Source of the DNA: Gemmobacter sp. | GTDB taxonomy: Bacteria > Pseudomonadota > Alphaproteobacteria > Rhodobacterales > Rhodobacteraceae | Direction of reading: 5' to 3' | DNA: 48,397 nucleotides | NCBI GenBank assembly: GCA_030683915.1 | Contig: JAUXPG010000229.1 | Coordinates: 1-48,397 of the forward strand | Shown here: positions 8,646 to 18,323 of the stretch, one piece after another | Position numbering within the stretch: position 1 is the stretch's first letter | How the letters are laid out: the number at the start of each line of letters is the position of its first letter | Notes under the pieces: generated by a model | Seen by the model: the letters and a program-made list of their open reading frames with translations, nothing else | Database searches by the model: none | Told to the model about the DNA's origin: nothing | Position numbers and translations under genes: made by a program

Positions 8646-11072
8646 TCAGGCCCGGATGCGCCGCCCGGCCGGATCGACCAGCGGGCGCATCTCCAGCCGC
8701 GCCGGGATGATTTCACCCGCCACCACAAGTTCATAGCGCCCGGCCGCAAGCCATGCGTCGGACACGCCGTGTGGGTGGCGCACGTAACCCAGCCCGATGC
8801 CCAGACCCACGGTATAGCCGTGGCCGCCCGAGGTCAGATACCCCACCGGAACACCATCGCGCAGGATCGTCTCGCGCCCCAGCAGCACCGCGCCGATATC
8901 GGCAACCGAAAATCCCGCCAGCCGCTTGGTCAGCGGTGCATCAACCGCCCGTTCCAGTGCTGCCCGTCCCAGAAACGGCAGGCCCGACGCCAGCTTGACC
9001 GCCCAGCCGAGCCCGGCTTCGAACGGGGTATCGTTGGGGGTGATATCGGACGACCACGCCCGATACCCCTTTTCCAGCCGAAGGCTTTCCAACGCGCGGT
9101 ATCCCACCGGGCGCAAGGCCGTGTCTGCCGCCATCAGCGCGTCATAAACCTTGGCCAACCCATCGATCGGGGCATGCAGTTCCCAACCCAGTTCCCCGAC
9201 ATAGGTTACGCGAAGGGCGCGCACCAGCACACCGGCCACGGTGATTTCGCGAGCATGGCCAAAGGGAAAGGCGGCGTTGCTGATGTCGGCATCCGTCACG
9301 CCTGACAGGATGTCGCGCGCGCGCGGCCCCATCAACGCCAGTGTGCCCCAGCCTTCGGTCACGTCCACGAAACTGACACCCGTGGCGGGCAGATGGTCGG
9401 CGATCCAGCCGAAATCATGGGTGCGAAAGCCGGTGCCGGTGACGATGTAGAACAGATCGGGTGCCAGTCGCGCCACGGTCAGATCTGCCTCGATCCCGCC
9501 GCGGCTGTTCAGAAGTTGGGTGTAGGTCAGCCGCCCCACCTCGCGCGCGACCCTGTTGGCGCAGATGGCCTCTAACGCCTGGGCGGCGGCGGGGCCGGTC
9601 AGTTCAAACTTGGCAAACGAGGACTGGTCGAACAGTCCGGCATGGGTGCGGACCTGTGCGTGCTCGGCACCGACCGGACCAAACCAGTTTTGCCGACCCA
9701 TCGAGTATTCGTCCTGTGCGCCGGTCGGGGAAAACCAGTTCGGGCGTTCCCACCCCAGTTTCGACCCGAATACCGCGCCCTGCGCTTTCAGCCGCGCATA
9801 AAGCGGCGACGTCAGGCGCGGGCGGCCCGAGGTGTATTCCTCGTGTGGGAAAGCGACGGTGTAATGCTTGCCATACGCCTCCAGCGTGCGTTCCGCCACC
9901 CAGTCATGGTCAGCGTGCAGGCCCGAAAAGCGGCGGATGTCCACCGCCCACAGATCAAGCGGCGCCTCACCCCTCATCGCCCATTCCGCCAGCACCCATC
10001 CCGCCCCGCCGCCCGAGGCGATGCCAAAGGCGTTGAACCCCGCCCCGACAAACATGTTGGCGCAGGCATTCGCCCGACCAAGAATGAAATTGCCATCCGG
10101 CGTAAAGCTTTCGGCGCCATTGATCATCTGCTTGACGCCGGTGTCGGCCAACGCGGGTATCCGCGCGATGGCCTGATGCATGTGCTGGGCGAAATGGTCG
10201 TAGTCGTCGTCGAACAGGCGGAATTCCCAGTCGGGGGGGATGTTGCCGGTGACCCAGCCTTGCGGGTTCGGCTCGTATCCACCCATGACCAGCCCACCGA
10301 CCTCCTCCTTGAAGTAAGTGCGGCGGTCGGGGTCGCGCAGGGTGGGCGCATCGGGGGACAAGCCAGGGATGCGTTCGGTGACGATATACTGGTGCTTGAC
10401 GGGATGCAGAGGAACCACGACGCCCGCCATTGCCCCCAATTGCCGCGCCCACATGCCGCCGCAGTTCACGACTTTGTCACAAGCGATGCTGCCTTGGTCG
10501 GTCTGCACATGGGTGATGCGGTTGCCGGCCAGGGTGAGCCCGGTGACGGTCACGCCTTCGAATATCCGCGCGCCGTGCATGCGCGCTCCTTTGGCCAGGC
10601 TTTGGGTGATGTCCGAGGGGCTGGCCTGACCATCGGTCGGCAGCCAACTGGCGCCGATCAGGTCGGACACGTCCAGCAGCGGCCACATCCGCTTGACCTC
10701 GGCAGCCGAGCTCAAGTCCATTTCCATGCCGAAGCTGCGTGCGGTGGTGGCAAGGCGGCGATATTCCGTCCAACGGTCAGCCGTGGTGGCCAGCCGCAGA
10801 CAGCCGGTCATTTTCCAGCCTGTCTCCAACCCGGTTTCTGCCGCGAGCTGCTTGTAAAGCTCGACCGAGTATTTCAGCACCCGCGTGATGCTGGCCGACG
10901 ACCGCAGTTGCCCGACCAGCCCCGCCGCGTGCCATGTGGAGCCTGACGTGACCTTCCCCTGTTCCAGCACGATCACTTCGGCCTTGTGATCGCGCGCCAG
11001 ATGATAGGCGGTGGAACACCCGATGATGCCGCCCCCGATGACGACGATCTGGGCGTGGCTGGGCAGGGTCAT
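8646..11072 (-). CDS. GcvT-family FAD-dependent oxidoreductase (sarcosine/dimethylglycine dehydrogenase-like)
   Basis: GGGIIG FAD motif, GSTWHAAG covalent-FAD His, C-terminal GcvT folate domain (YVGELGWE, SLRLEKGY). Real start is MTLPSHA at 11072. Confidence 0.92.
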   Translation of the reverse strand: MTLPSHAQIVVIGGGIIGCSTAYHLARDHKAEVIVLEQGKVTSGSTWHAAGLVGQLRSSASITRVLKYSVELYKQLAAETGLETGWKMTGCLRLATTADRWTEYRRLATTARSFGMEMDLSSAAEVKRMWPLLDVSDLIGASWLPTDGQASPSDITQSLAKGARMHGARIFEGVTVTGLTLAGNRITHVQTDQGSIACDKVVNCGGMWARQLGAMAGVVVPLHPVKHQYIVTERIPGLSPDAPTLRDPDRRTYFKEEVGGLVMGGYEPNPQGWVTGNIPPDWEFRLFDDDYDHFAQHMHQAIARIPALADTGVKQMINGAESFTPDGNFILGRANACANMFVGAGFNAFGIASGGGAGWVLAEWAMRGEAPLDLWAVDIRRFSGLHADHDWVAERTLEAYGKHYTVAFPHEEYTSGRPRLTSPLYARLKAQGAVFGSKLGWERPNWFSPTGAQDEYSMGRQNWFGPVGAEHAQVRTHAGLFDQSSFAKFELTGPAAAQALEAICANRVAREVGRLTYTQLLNSRGGIEADLTVARLAPDLFYIVTGTGFRTHDFGWIADHLPATGVSFVDVTEGWGTLALMGPRARDILSGVTDADISNAAFPFGHAREITVAGVLVRALRVTYVGELGWELHAPIDGLAKVYDALMAADTALRPVGYRALESLRLEKGYRAWSSDITPNDTPFEAGLGWAVKLASGLPFLGRAALERAVDAPLTKRLAGFSVADIGAVLLGRETILRDGVPVGYLTSGGHGYTVGLGIGLGYVRHPHGVSDAWLAAGRYELVVAGEIIPARLEMRPLVDPAGRRIRA

Positions 11073-11073
11073 G

Positions 11074-11958
11074 TCAGAGCATCCCGTGGGTTTTGCGAAA
11101 GCGCGCCAGCGCGGCCGCGAATTTGTCCAGGTTTTCATCCGCATAGGCGCGGTAATCGGCGCCGGGGGCGGCCAGGTGCAGGTCGCTGACCATCGCCCAC
11201 ATCGCCTCGCGCAGAAGGGCGGTGCAGGCCATGGCGTCAAAGGCGCGCAGGAAGTCGTCGTCGGGTCGGTGGCCCAGATAGGCGGCCAGCATCGCGGCGG
11301 ATTCGGCGGCATCCATCCCGGCATTGGCGCTGGCACCCGCCAGATCGAACATCGCGGTGCCAAAGCCCGCGTACTCATAATCGATCAGCCACAATCGCTG
11401 GTCATCTTCAAGGATATTGGCGGGCAACAGATCGTGGTGCCCGAAGACCACGGGCATTGGCACCTGTGCCGCTTCCAACCGCGCGGAAAGGTCTAGCCAA
11501 CCGGGAAGGTCGGCCGCAAAATCGCTGGCCCCGGCTGCAAGGGTGCGGGCGTAATCGCGGATGACATGGAAGGGCCAGAACATGTACGCCGGCCCGGAAA
11601 TCCGCGCCGCCATCACGGTGTGGAACCGGCGCAGACAGTGACCCAACCGCGCTGGCGAGGCGCGCATGTCATCCGCTGTCCAGGTCCGGGCCTGAACGTA
11701 GGCCACAACCGTCACCCCAGGGGCGGCGTATTCCACCGCTGGGCCAAAGCCCGCGGCATGGGCGGCGCGGGCCGTCATCACCTCGCGCACGCGATCTACA
11801 TGATGGACCGGAAAATCGCGCCCGAACCGCACGACATGGGAACCCGCGGCATCGCTGACCTTCCAGATCTCGTTCGAAAGTCCGCCGTGCAGCCGCTCTG
11901 CGACAATGTCACCGCGCCAGCAGGGCAGCGCGCGCAGGCGGGCAGGCGCGGCAGTCAT
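11074..11958 (-). CDS. Choline/ethanolamine kinase (APH-like phosphotransferase) family protein
   Basis: GGLSN P-loop, Brenner motif HHDLLPANIL, LIDYEYAG choline-kinase motif. Confidence 0.88.
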   Translation of the reverse strand: MTAAPARLRALPCWRGDIVAERLHGGLSNEIWKVSDAAGSHVVRFGRDFPVHHVDRVREVMTARAAHAAGFGPAVEYAAPGVTVVAYVQARTWTADDMRASPARLGHCLRRFHTVMAARISGPAYMFWPFHVIRDYARTLAAGASDFAADLPGWLDLSARLEAAQVPMPVVFGHHDLLPANILEDDQRLWLIDYEYAGFGTAMFDLAGASANAGMDAAESAAMLAAYLGHRPDDDFLRAFDAMACTALLREAMWAMVSDLHLAAPGADYRAYADENLDKFAAALARFRKTHGML

Positions 11959-12067
11959 ACGGACCACCTCGGCTGCGCCAGATCAGTGGCCTGAACGTCC
12001 TTCGTAGTCGCACAGCCCAAGCGCACAGGCGGTTCCTTCCAGTCATTCCGGCGACGGCGCTTGCAGG

Positions 12068-12151
12068 CACAGACCTGCTTGCGCCGATGAAGTAGCGCGC
12101 AGCGGTGTGACGTCTGTCAACGGAAAACCCGCAGGTCTGTGGATTTCTGTG
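12068..12151. promoter_or_regulatory. Candidate DeoR operators and sigma70 -35 of the kinase operon
   Basis: Perfect 11-bp inverted repeat CACAGACCTGC (12068-78) / GCAGGTCTGTG (12131-41) flanks a minus-strand TTGACA (12115-20). An extra CTGTG lies 10 bp further on. Confidence 0.5.
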
Positions 12152-12225
12152 CGGAGCATTTGCCTTTCTGGCAGCAAACGGGCACGATCGGGCAGCATTT
12201 CACGTCTTGAGCTGGCATCTCCCGC

Positions 12226-12996
12226 ATGTTGACCAAACGCCACGGCGCGATCCTGAACCTGTTGCAAGGGCGCGGCGCGCTGTCTCCCGGCGAACTGGCG
12301 GCGGAACTGGGGGTTTCAGCGGAAACCGTGCGCCGCGATGTCCGCGCACTGGTCGAAGCGGGGCAAGCGGTGCGGGTGCATGGTGCGGTCGGTCTGGCAG
12401 GGCAAATCGGCGAAGCCCCCTTCGACCGCCGGATGCGCGAGAATGCCGCGGCCAAGCGCGCCATCGCCCGCGCCATGGCCGATCGCATCGCGGATGGCGA
12501 GACGCTGATGCTGGATACCGGGACGACCACAAGCTTTCTGGCGCGCGAATTGCTGGGGCACCGCCGACTTACCGTGGTCACGAATTCCTCGGACATCGCG
12601 CGCACTCTGGCCACGGTGAACGGCAACCGGGTGTTCATGGCCGGTGGGGAATTGCGCGGCGATTCGGGTGCGGCGCTGGGTGCATCGGCGCTGGAGTTCA
12701 TCCGGGGCTTTGCGGTGCGTCACGCGGTAATCTCCGCCGGGGCGGTGGACGAAGCCGGTGTCATGGATTTTGACCTGCAAGAAGCCGAGTTTGCCCGCGC
12801 CGCACTGCTCTGCGGGGAACTGGGCTGGGTCGTGAGCGACGCAACGAAATTCGCCCGGCGCGGGGTGGTCCGCGTTGCCGGATGGGCGGGGTTGCACGGG
12901 CTGGTGACCGATGCGGCGCCGCCGCCGGCGGTGGCTGCGGCATTGGTCGCGGCAGGCGTGTCGGTCATGATCGCGGCGCAGGACGTCATGGGGTGA
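12226..12996 (+). CDS. DeoR/GlpR family transcriptional regulator
   Basis: HTH VSAETVRRD, RVHGAV, LDTGTTT, VVTNS. Confidence 0.93.
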   Translation: MLTKRHGAILNLLQGRGALSPGELAAELGVSAETVRRDVRALVEAGQAVRVHGAVGLAGQIGEAPFDRRMRENAAAKRAIARAMADRIADGETLMLDTGTTTSFLARELLGHRRLTVVTNSSDIARTLATVNGNRVFMAGGELRGDSGAALGASALEFIRGFAVRHAVISAGAVDEAGVMDFDLQEAEFARAALLCGELGWVVSDATKFARRGVVRVAGWAGLHGLVTDAAPPPAVAAALVAAGVSVMIAAQDVMG

Positions 12997-13075
12997 CGGC
13001 GCGGATTAGCGGAAGGCGATTTCGTGCAAGAGATCGCACCGGAGTTTTGTAAAGCTCCGCGTTCTCCCACCGGGG

Positions 13076-13270
13076 TCAACGTGCTGTGGCGCGGGCGAGG
13101 TCCAGGGCTTCGGCGATGGTGCGTGCGTCGCCCACCTGATTCATCAGGATCAGCACGAGACGCGCGTTGAGCGCGTGGCTTTGTGCCTCGGTCAGCCCGT
13201 CATGGGTTGCAATCAGGCGGGCATAGCTGTCGTCGGGGTCGGAGAGGTTATTGGCAGTGATCAGCGGCAT
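13076..13270 (-). CDS. DUF2783 family small protein
   Basis: NLSDPDDSYARLIATHDGL...LNARLVLILMNQVGD. Last gene of the hmgA cluster. Confidence 0.82.
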   Translation of the reverse strand: MPLITANNLSDPDDSYARLIATHDGLTEAQSHALNARLVLILMNQVGDARTIAEALDLARATAR

Positions 13271-13274
13271 GTCG

Positions 13275-14885
13275 TCACTCCTTGCCGAGGCAGCGACCAA
13301 GTGCGGCGGCGACGGCATCGGCATCATAGGATTGCCAGCGGGCGGCGACGTGCTGGTCCGGTCGGATCAGATAAACCGCCCCCCGTGCCGCGCCCAGATA
13401 GCGGGTCCGCAGTGCATCGTTGGCGGTCAACGCCAGACGGGGCAGGGTGATGCCGTGGGCAGTCACGTGGTCCGGGGCATCTGCGTCGAGGGTCAGCAGG
13501 GTAAAGCCGTCCAGCGCCGCCAGAAGCCAGCCATCGGGGATCGGGGCATCGGGGCAGGGGCTGCCGGGGCGGGTGCGGGCAGGCATGGCCGGGTCGTCGG
13601 GGCCGTTCAGCGGCGATCCGTCGTAGGTGCAAGGCACCGACAGGCGGCCCGAATTCACCATAGCCCGCGCGAAGGGCTGGGTTTCGGCCAGCGCCAGCAC
13701 CGCGTTTCGGAACATCCGCGACACCGGCGTTTTCGGGGTGATGAAATCCGTTGCCCGGGTGGAATTGCGGATGTTCTCGTCCGCGCCATGCACCCGCTCG
13801 GTATCATAGCTGTCGAGCAGCCGGTCCGGCGCCAGACCGGCCATCACCGCCGCCAGCTTCCAGCCCAGATTGTCGATGTCCTGCACCCCCGAATTCGCCC
13901 CGCGCGCGCCAAAGGGCGACACCTGATGCGCCGCATCCCCGGCAAAAATCACCCGGCCATGGCGAAACCGGTCCATCCTGCGGCACTGGAAGGTGTAGAT
14001 CGAAGTCCAGACGAGATCATACTCCACATCCGGCCCCAGCATCGCGTCCACTCTTGCCCGCACGCGCGCAGGGTCAAGTTCGCGCGCGCGGTCGATATCC
14101 CAACCGAGCTGAAAGTCGATGCGCCACACATCGTCGGGCTGTTTGTGCAAAAGCGCGCTGTCGCCCGACTTGAAGTGCGGCTCGAACCAGAACCAGCGTT
14201 CCGTGGGAAAGGCCGCATTCATCCGCACATCGGCAATCAGGAAGTTGTCCTCGAACACCCGGCCGTCGAAGCCGAGCCCGAGCATGCCGCGCAATGGCGA
14301 CCGTGCGCCGTCGCAGGCGATCAGCCAATCGGCCTGCAGCGCGTAGGGACCATCGGGCGTGTCGATCTCGAGTGTGACGCCGTTGGCCGAGGGGTGGGCC
14401 GCCGTCACCCGGTTGCTTCCCCGAATCTCGATCGGTGCGCCCTTGGCGCGTTCGGCCTGAATGGCGTCGAACAGAAACTTTTCGAAATAGGGCTGCTGCA
14501 GGTTGATGAAGGCCGGAAAGGCGTGGTCGCCTTCGGGCAACAGGTTGAATTCATAAAGCAGACGGTCGTCGTGGAACACCTTTCCGGTGTTCCAGACCAC
14601 GCCCTTGTCCATCATCGGGCCCGCAGCCCCCAGCCTGTCGCAGATTTCCAAAGCGCGCTTGGCAAAGCAGATCGCGCGCGACCCTTCGCCAATGCCTTCG
14701 CTGTCGTCAAGCACCAGCACTGGCACCCCGCGCCGCCCCAGATCCAGCGCCATCGCAAGACCCACCGGGCCCGCGCCCACCACGACCACCGGATGATGCG
14801 CCCGGGTCGGGGCGGACTGGTCTGCCGACCGGGCATACGGATACATGGTAAAGGCCAATTGCCGGGCCTTTGGTTGTGCGGTCAT
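13275..14885 (-). CDS. FAD-dependent monooxygenase (PheA/TfdB/MhpA-like aromatic hydroxylase)
   Basis: GAGPVG, ACDGARS, AGDAAHQVSPFGARGANSG, C-terminal LIRPDQHV. Confidence 0.9.
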   Translation of the reverse strand: MTAQPKARQLAFTMYPYARSADQSAPTRAHHPVVVVGAGPVGLAMALDLGRRGVPVLVLDDSEGIGEGSRAICFAKRALEICDRLGAAGPMMDKGVVWNTGKVFHDDRLLYEFNLLPEGDHAFPAFINLQQPYFEKFLFDAIQAERAKGAPIEIRGSNRVTAAHPSANGVTLEIDTPDGPYALQADWLIACDGARSPLRGMLGLGFDGRVFEDNFLIADVRMNAAFPTERWFWFEPHFKSGDSALLHKQPDDVWRIDFQLGWDIDRARELDPARVRARVDAMLGPDVEYDLVWTSIYTFQCRRMDRFRHGRVIFAGDAAHQVSPFGARGANSGVQDIDNLGWKLAAVMAGLAPDRLLDSYDTERVHGADENIRNSTRATDFITPKTPVSRMFRNAVLALAETQPFARAMVNSGRLSVPCTYDGSPLNGPDDPAMPARTRPGSPCPDAPIPDGWLLAALDGFTLLTLDADAPDHVTAHGITLPRLALTANDALRTRYLGAARGAVYLIRPDQHVAARWQSYDADAVAAALGRCLGKE

Positions 14886-14918
14886 GCTCTGCCCCTTCCC
14901 GTCGCCCGTTGCCGATTG

Positions 14919-15869
14919 TCAGCCTTGCAGCGCCGCCCACATCTCCAGATCGCGCTGCGCGGTCCAGATTCGCGGGTGGCCGATCCCGCGCGCCTCGTCA
15001 TAGGCGCGGGCGACGTTGAAGGGCAGACAATGTTCGTAGATCGCGTAATCCTTGAACTTGGGGTCGCATTCAGCGCGGCAGGCATCCCATGCTTCCTTGA
15101 GCGTGCCATTGCGCGCGGCGATCCGGGCGATGGGGCGGTAGGTGCTGTCAACGAAGTCGCGGGTGCGGTCCAGCGCGCCGTTCACCGCGTCGCGCCCCAC
15201 CACGGCATCGCCGCGCCCGGGGGCGATGGCATCAAGGTCATAGGCCCGGATCGCCTGGAGCGTCGGACCCCAGTCGCCGAAATATCCGTCACCACAGTAG
15301 CAGGCCGAATGCGCCTCGACGATGTCGCCCGTGAACATCACGTTCGAATCCGGTACATGGATCACCGCGTCACCGGAAGTATGCGCCCGGCCAAGTTGCA
15401 AGATGTCGACCCGTCGGCGCCCCAGCCAGACCGACATGCGGCCGTTGAAGGTGGTGGTCGGCCATGTCAGGCCTGGGATGCTTTCGTGGCCTTGAAATAG
15501 ACGGGGAAAGCGTTGGAATTCACTGTCCCAGTCTTCTTGCCCGCGTTCGGCGACCATGTTGCGCGCGGCTTCCGACATGATGATCTGCGGTGCGTTGAAC
15601 GCCGAGGCGCCCAGCACACGCACCGCATGGTAGTGTGTCAGGACAACATGGCTGATCGGCTTGTCCGTCACACCCCGGATGCAGTCGATGACCTTTTGCG
15701 CCAGTCGCGGTGTCGCCTGCGCCTCGACCACCATCACGCTGTCATCCCCGATGATGACACCGCTGTTCGGGTCGCCCTCGGCGGTGAAGGCATAAAGGCC
15801 GTCACCGATTTCGGTGAAGCTGATTGTCTTGTCGCTCATGTCACCTTGCGAGGCGAATGCCTTGGCCAT
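14919..15869 (-). CDS. Metallo-beta-lactamase-fold protein
   Basis: DPNSGVIIGDD, THYHAVR (atypical HxHxDH), AHTSGD, FTGDIV, APGRG. Confidence 0.85.
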   Translation of the reverse strand: MAKAFASQGDMSDKTISFTEIGDGLYAFTAEGDPNSGVIIGDDSVMVVEAQATPRLAQKVIDCIRGVTDKPISHVVLTHYHAVRVLGASAFNAPQIIMSEAARNMVAERGQEDWDSEFQRFPRLFQGHESIPGLTWPTTTFNGRMSVWLGRRRVDILQLGRAHTSGDAVIHVPDSNVMFTGDIVEAHSACYCGDGYFGDWGPTLQAIRAYDLDAIAPGRGDAVVGRDAVNGALDRTRDFVDSTYRPIARIAARNGTLKEAWDACRAECDPKFKDYAIYEHCLPFNVARAYDEARGIGHPRIWTAQRDLEMWAALQG

Positions 15870-15921
15870 CGGGGTCGTCCTGTGTGTCAGTGGAAAGGGG
15901 CAGGGGCCGGTGTGGCCCGTC

Positions 15922-17277
15922 TCACTTGATGCCGGGGGTGCCGTCGAACTTCTTGTCCAGACTGTCCCAGCAGTCGATATAATCGTCCTGCAACGGGGCA
16001 GACCGGGCAGCCCATTCGGTCAGATGCTGGGGAAAGCGGGTTTCGAACATGAAGCTCATGGTCTCGTCCAGCTTTTCAGGCTTGAGCGCGGCATTTGACG
16101 CCCCTTCGAAGGCGTTGCGGTCGGGACCATGGGGCAGCATGCAATTGTGCAGCGACATGCCGCCGGGCACAAACCCCTTTGGCTTGGCATCATAGATGCC
16201 ATAGATATTGCCCATCAATTCCGACATGACGTTCTTGTGGTACCATGGCGGGCGGAAGCTGTGTTCGGCCACCAACCAGCGCTCGCGGAACAGCACGAAA
16301 TCGATGTTCGCGGTCCCCTCCAGCCCCGAAGGCGCGGTCAGCACGGTAAAGATGCTGGGGTCGGGGTGGTCGAACAGGATGGCACCGACGGGGGAATAGG
16401 TCCGAAGGTCGTATTTCATCGGGGCATAGTTGCCGTGCCAAGCCACCACATCCAGCGGGCTGTGGCCAATGGGTGTGGCATGAAACTGGCCGCACCATTT
16501 CAGGATCACGCGCGATGGTGCCTCGCGGTCCTCGAACGCGGCGACGGGGGCCTTGAAATCGCGCGGGTTGGCCAGACAGTTGGCGCCGATCGGGCCGCGG
16601 TTGGGCAGGGTGAACGGCACGCCGTAGTTTTCACAGACAAACCCGCGGCAAGGCCCCTCCAGCACCTCGACCCGGTAGACAAGGCCGCGCGGCAAGATCG
16701 CGATTTCCTTGGGTTCCAGATCGATCACGCCCAGTTCGGTGCAAAAGCGCAACCGTCCCTCTTGCGGTACCACCAGAAGTTCGCCATCGGCCGAATAGAA
16801 ATATTCGTCCACCATCGAAGTGTTCACGAGGTAGATGTGGCTGGCCATGCCGGTCTGGGTGTTCACGTCACCGGCGGTGGTGACGGTACGCATGCCCGTA
16901 ACCCATGTAAGGGGGGCGGCAGCATGAGGCACCGGGTCCCACCTGTACTGGCCCAGCGAAATCACGTCGGCCAGGACATGCGGCGCGGATTTCCACAGTG
17001 GCACGTCGATCTTTTCGAACCGGGTGGTGTGTTTCACCGACGGGCGGATGCGATAGCACCACGTCCGCTCCGGGTGAGGCTTGGTAAAGGCCGACCCTGA
17101 CAACTGTTCGGCATAAAGCCCGTAGTTGCATTTCTGCGGGCTGTTCTGGCCTTGGGGCAGCGCGCCGGGCAGGGCCTCGGTTTCGAAGTCGTTGCCGAAA
17201 CCGGGCATATATCCTTCGTGCGGGCCGATGTTGGAAATCGCGCGGGTCATGCCGGCGGGCAAGGCATGGGTGGTCAT
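15922..17277 (-). CDS. hmgA: Homogentisate 1,2-dioxygenase
   Basis: [50 protein letters not shown]. Confidence 0.97.
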   Translation of the reverse strand: MTTHALPAGMTRAISNIGPHEGYMPGFGNDFETEALPGALPQGQNSPQKCNYGLYAEQLSGSAFTKPHPERTWCYRIRPSVKHTTRFEKIDVPLWKSAPHVLADVISLGQYRWDPVPHAAAPLTWVTGMRTVTTAGDVNTQTGMASHIYLVNTSMVDEYFYSADGELLVVPQEGRLRFCTELGVIDLEPKEIAILPRGLVYRVEVLEGPCRGFVCENYGVPFTLPNRGPIGANCLANPRDFKAPVAAFEDREAPSRVILKWCGQFHATPIGHSPLDVVAWHGNYAPMKYDLRTYSPVGAILFDHPDPSIFTVLTAPSGLEGTANIDFVLFRERWLVAEHSFRPPWYHKNVMSELMGNIYGIYDAKPKGFVPGGMSLHNCMLPHGPDRNAFEGASNAALKPEKLDETMSFMFETRFPQHLTEWAARSAPLQDDYIDCWDSLDKKFDGTPGIK

Positions 17278-17308
17278 GGAATCCCCCTTCGTCCTGTTGG
17301 GGGCAATA

Positions 17309-17333
17309 ATGGTTGCACTTGCAACGATGTCAA
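17309..17333 (-). promoter_or_regulatory. hmgA promoter with repressor palindrome
   Basis: Minus-strand TTGACA (17328-33). Perfect palindrome GTTGCA-CT-TGCAAC (17312-25) lies between the -35 and a CATTAT -10-like box. Confidence 0.65.
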
Positions 17334-17395
17334 GCAAAGATGACTTTTGCGCAGGCAATTTGGTGCCGACGGCGCCGGTCGGGGTGGCTGGGCCG

Positions 17396-18085
17396 TCAGG
17401 CCCCGCCTTTGATCAGGCGCAGATACGGGCGGCCCTTGGGCGCGGCGGCAAAAGGGGCATGCGGTTCGCTCAGGCCCTGCACCTCGGGAAGGCACGGGGC
17501 CGGGGTTCGGGCCGGGTCGGTCTGCGGAAGGCCGGGCACCAGGCGAAGGCTGGCGCCGGTCAGGTCGAACCGGCGCGGCGGGCGGCCTGCGGTACCCGTG
17601 GTGACAAGACATCCAAGCGCGCGGTCCGCCGCTCCGCTGTTCCCGCGCATCGGGAGCAACAGCAAGTGGCCGTCAAACGCAGGGCGCATCACGCCCTTTT
17701 CCCCGCTCAGTCCCAGATGCGCGATCATCGGCCCGTCGAACACCTGTTGCAACTGCGCCGCAAGCCCTGCGCGCGCCCCCGGCACCATCAGCGCCGAAAG
17801 CGGCATGCCCCGCAGGTCCATGCCCATCTGGTCGCACAGCGCCATGCCGGCCAGCCGGATCCGCACCTGTCCGGGCGCGATGCGTTCCAGAAGCAGCGTC
17901 GCGTGCAGCAGGTCAGCGATGCCGCGCGGGTCGAAATCGGCACGGCGCGGAAGGGCGCCATCGGCCGGGCGCAGCGCCTGCCAATAGGCTTCAATCTGCG
18001 CGAACTGCGGCGGGGGTGCCAGATTGCCGACCATCAGGGGTAACACCTTTTCCGACTTGCCCGTAATGTCCCGTATCCAGCCCAT
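17396..18085 (-). CDS. PAS_5-type PAS domain protein
   Basis: AYWQALR...[18 protein letters not shown]...[14 protein letters not shown]-terminal RPYLRLIKG. Confidence 0.8.
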   Translation of the reverse strand: MGWIRDITGKSEKVLPLMVGNLAPPPQFAQIEAYWQALRPADGALPRRADFDPRGIADLLHATLLLERIAPGQVRIRLAGMALCDQMGMDLRGMPLSALMVPGARAGLAAQLQQVFDGPMIAHLGLSGEKGVMRPAFDGHLLLLPMRGNSGAADRALGCLVTTGTAGRPPRRFDLTGASLRLVPGLPQTDPARTPAPCLPEVQGLSEPHAPFAAAPKGRPYLRLIKGGA

Positions 18086-18152
18086 CCAACCGACCCTCGT
18101 GTGTGCGGGACCCGGCGGCAGACCATCGTGGTTAAGTCTGCGGCAAGTGTCC

Positions 18153-18167
18153 TTACTGAAGTCTTAA
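18153..18167 (-). promoter_or_regulatory. Candidate CtrA box
   Basis: Minus strand TTAA-GACTTCA-GTAA, one mismatch to TTAA-N7-TTAA. Further GTTAA half-sites lie near 18131 and 18213. Confidence 0.5.
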
Positions 18168-18265
18168 GATATCATCGCCTGCCGGAACTCGCGCGCATTA
18201 TCTGAAGATGTGGTTAAAGGTTGAGGCATGCAGAACACCCCTCCGCAGCGAGCGCAACGCGGGGC

Positions 18266-18288
18266 TTGACCTTCCAGCGCGGGCAGGT
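18266..18288 (+). promoter_or_regulatory. CueR-like operator/promoter of the copper chaperone
   Basis: TTGACC -35 overlaps ACCTTCC-N6-GGCAGGT (consensus ACCTTCC-N7-GGAAGGT). Confidence 0.55.
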
Positions 18289-18323
18289 GCGAGATCGGGG
18301 GCAGGCCGACCAAGGAGACCAAG

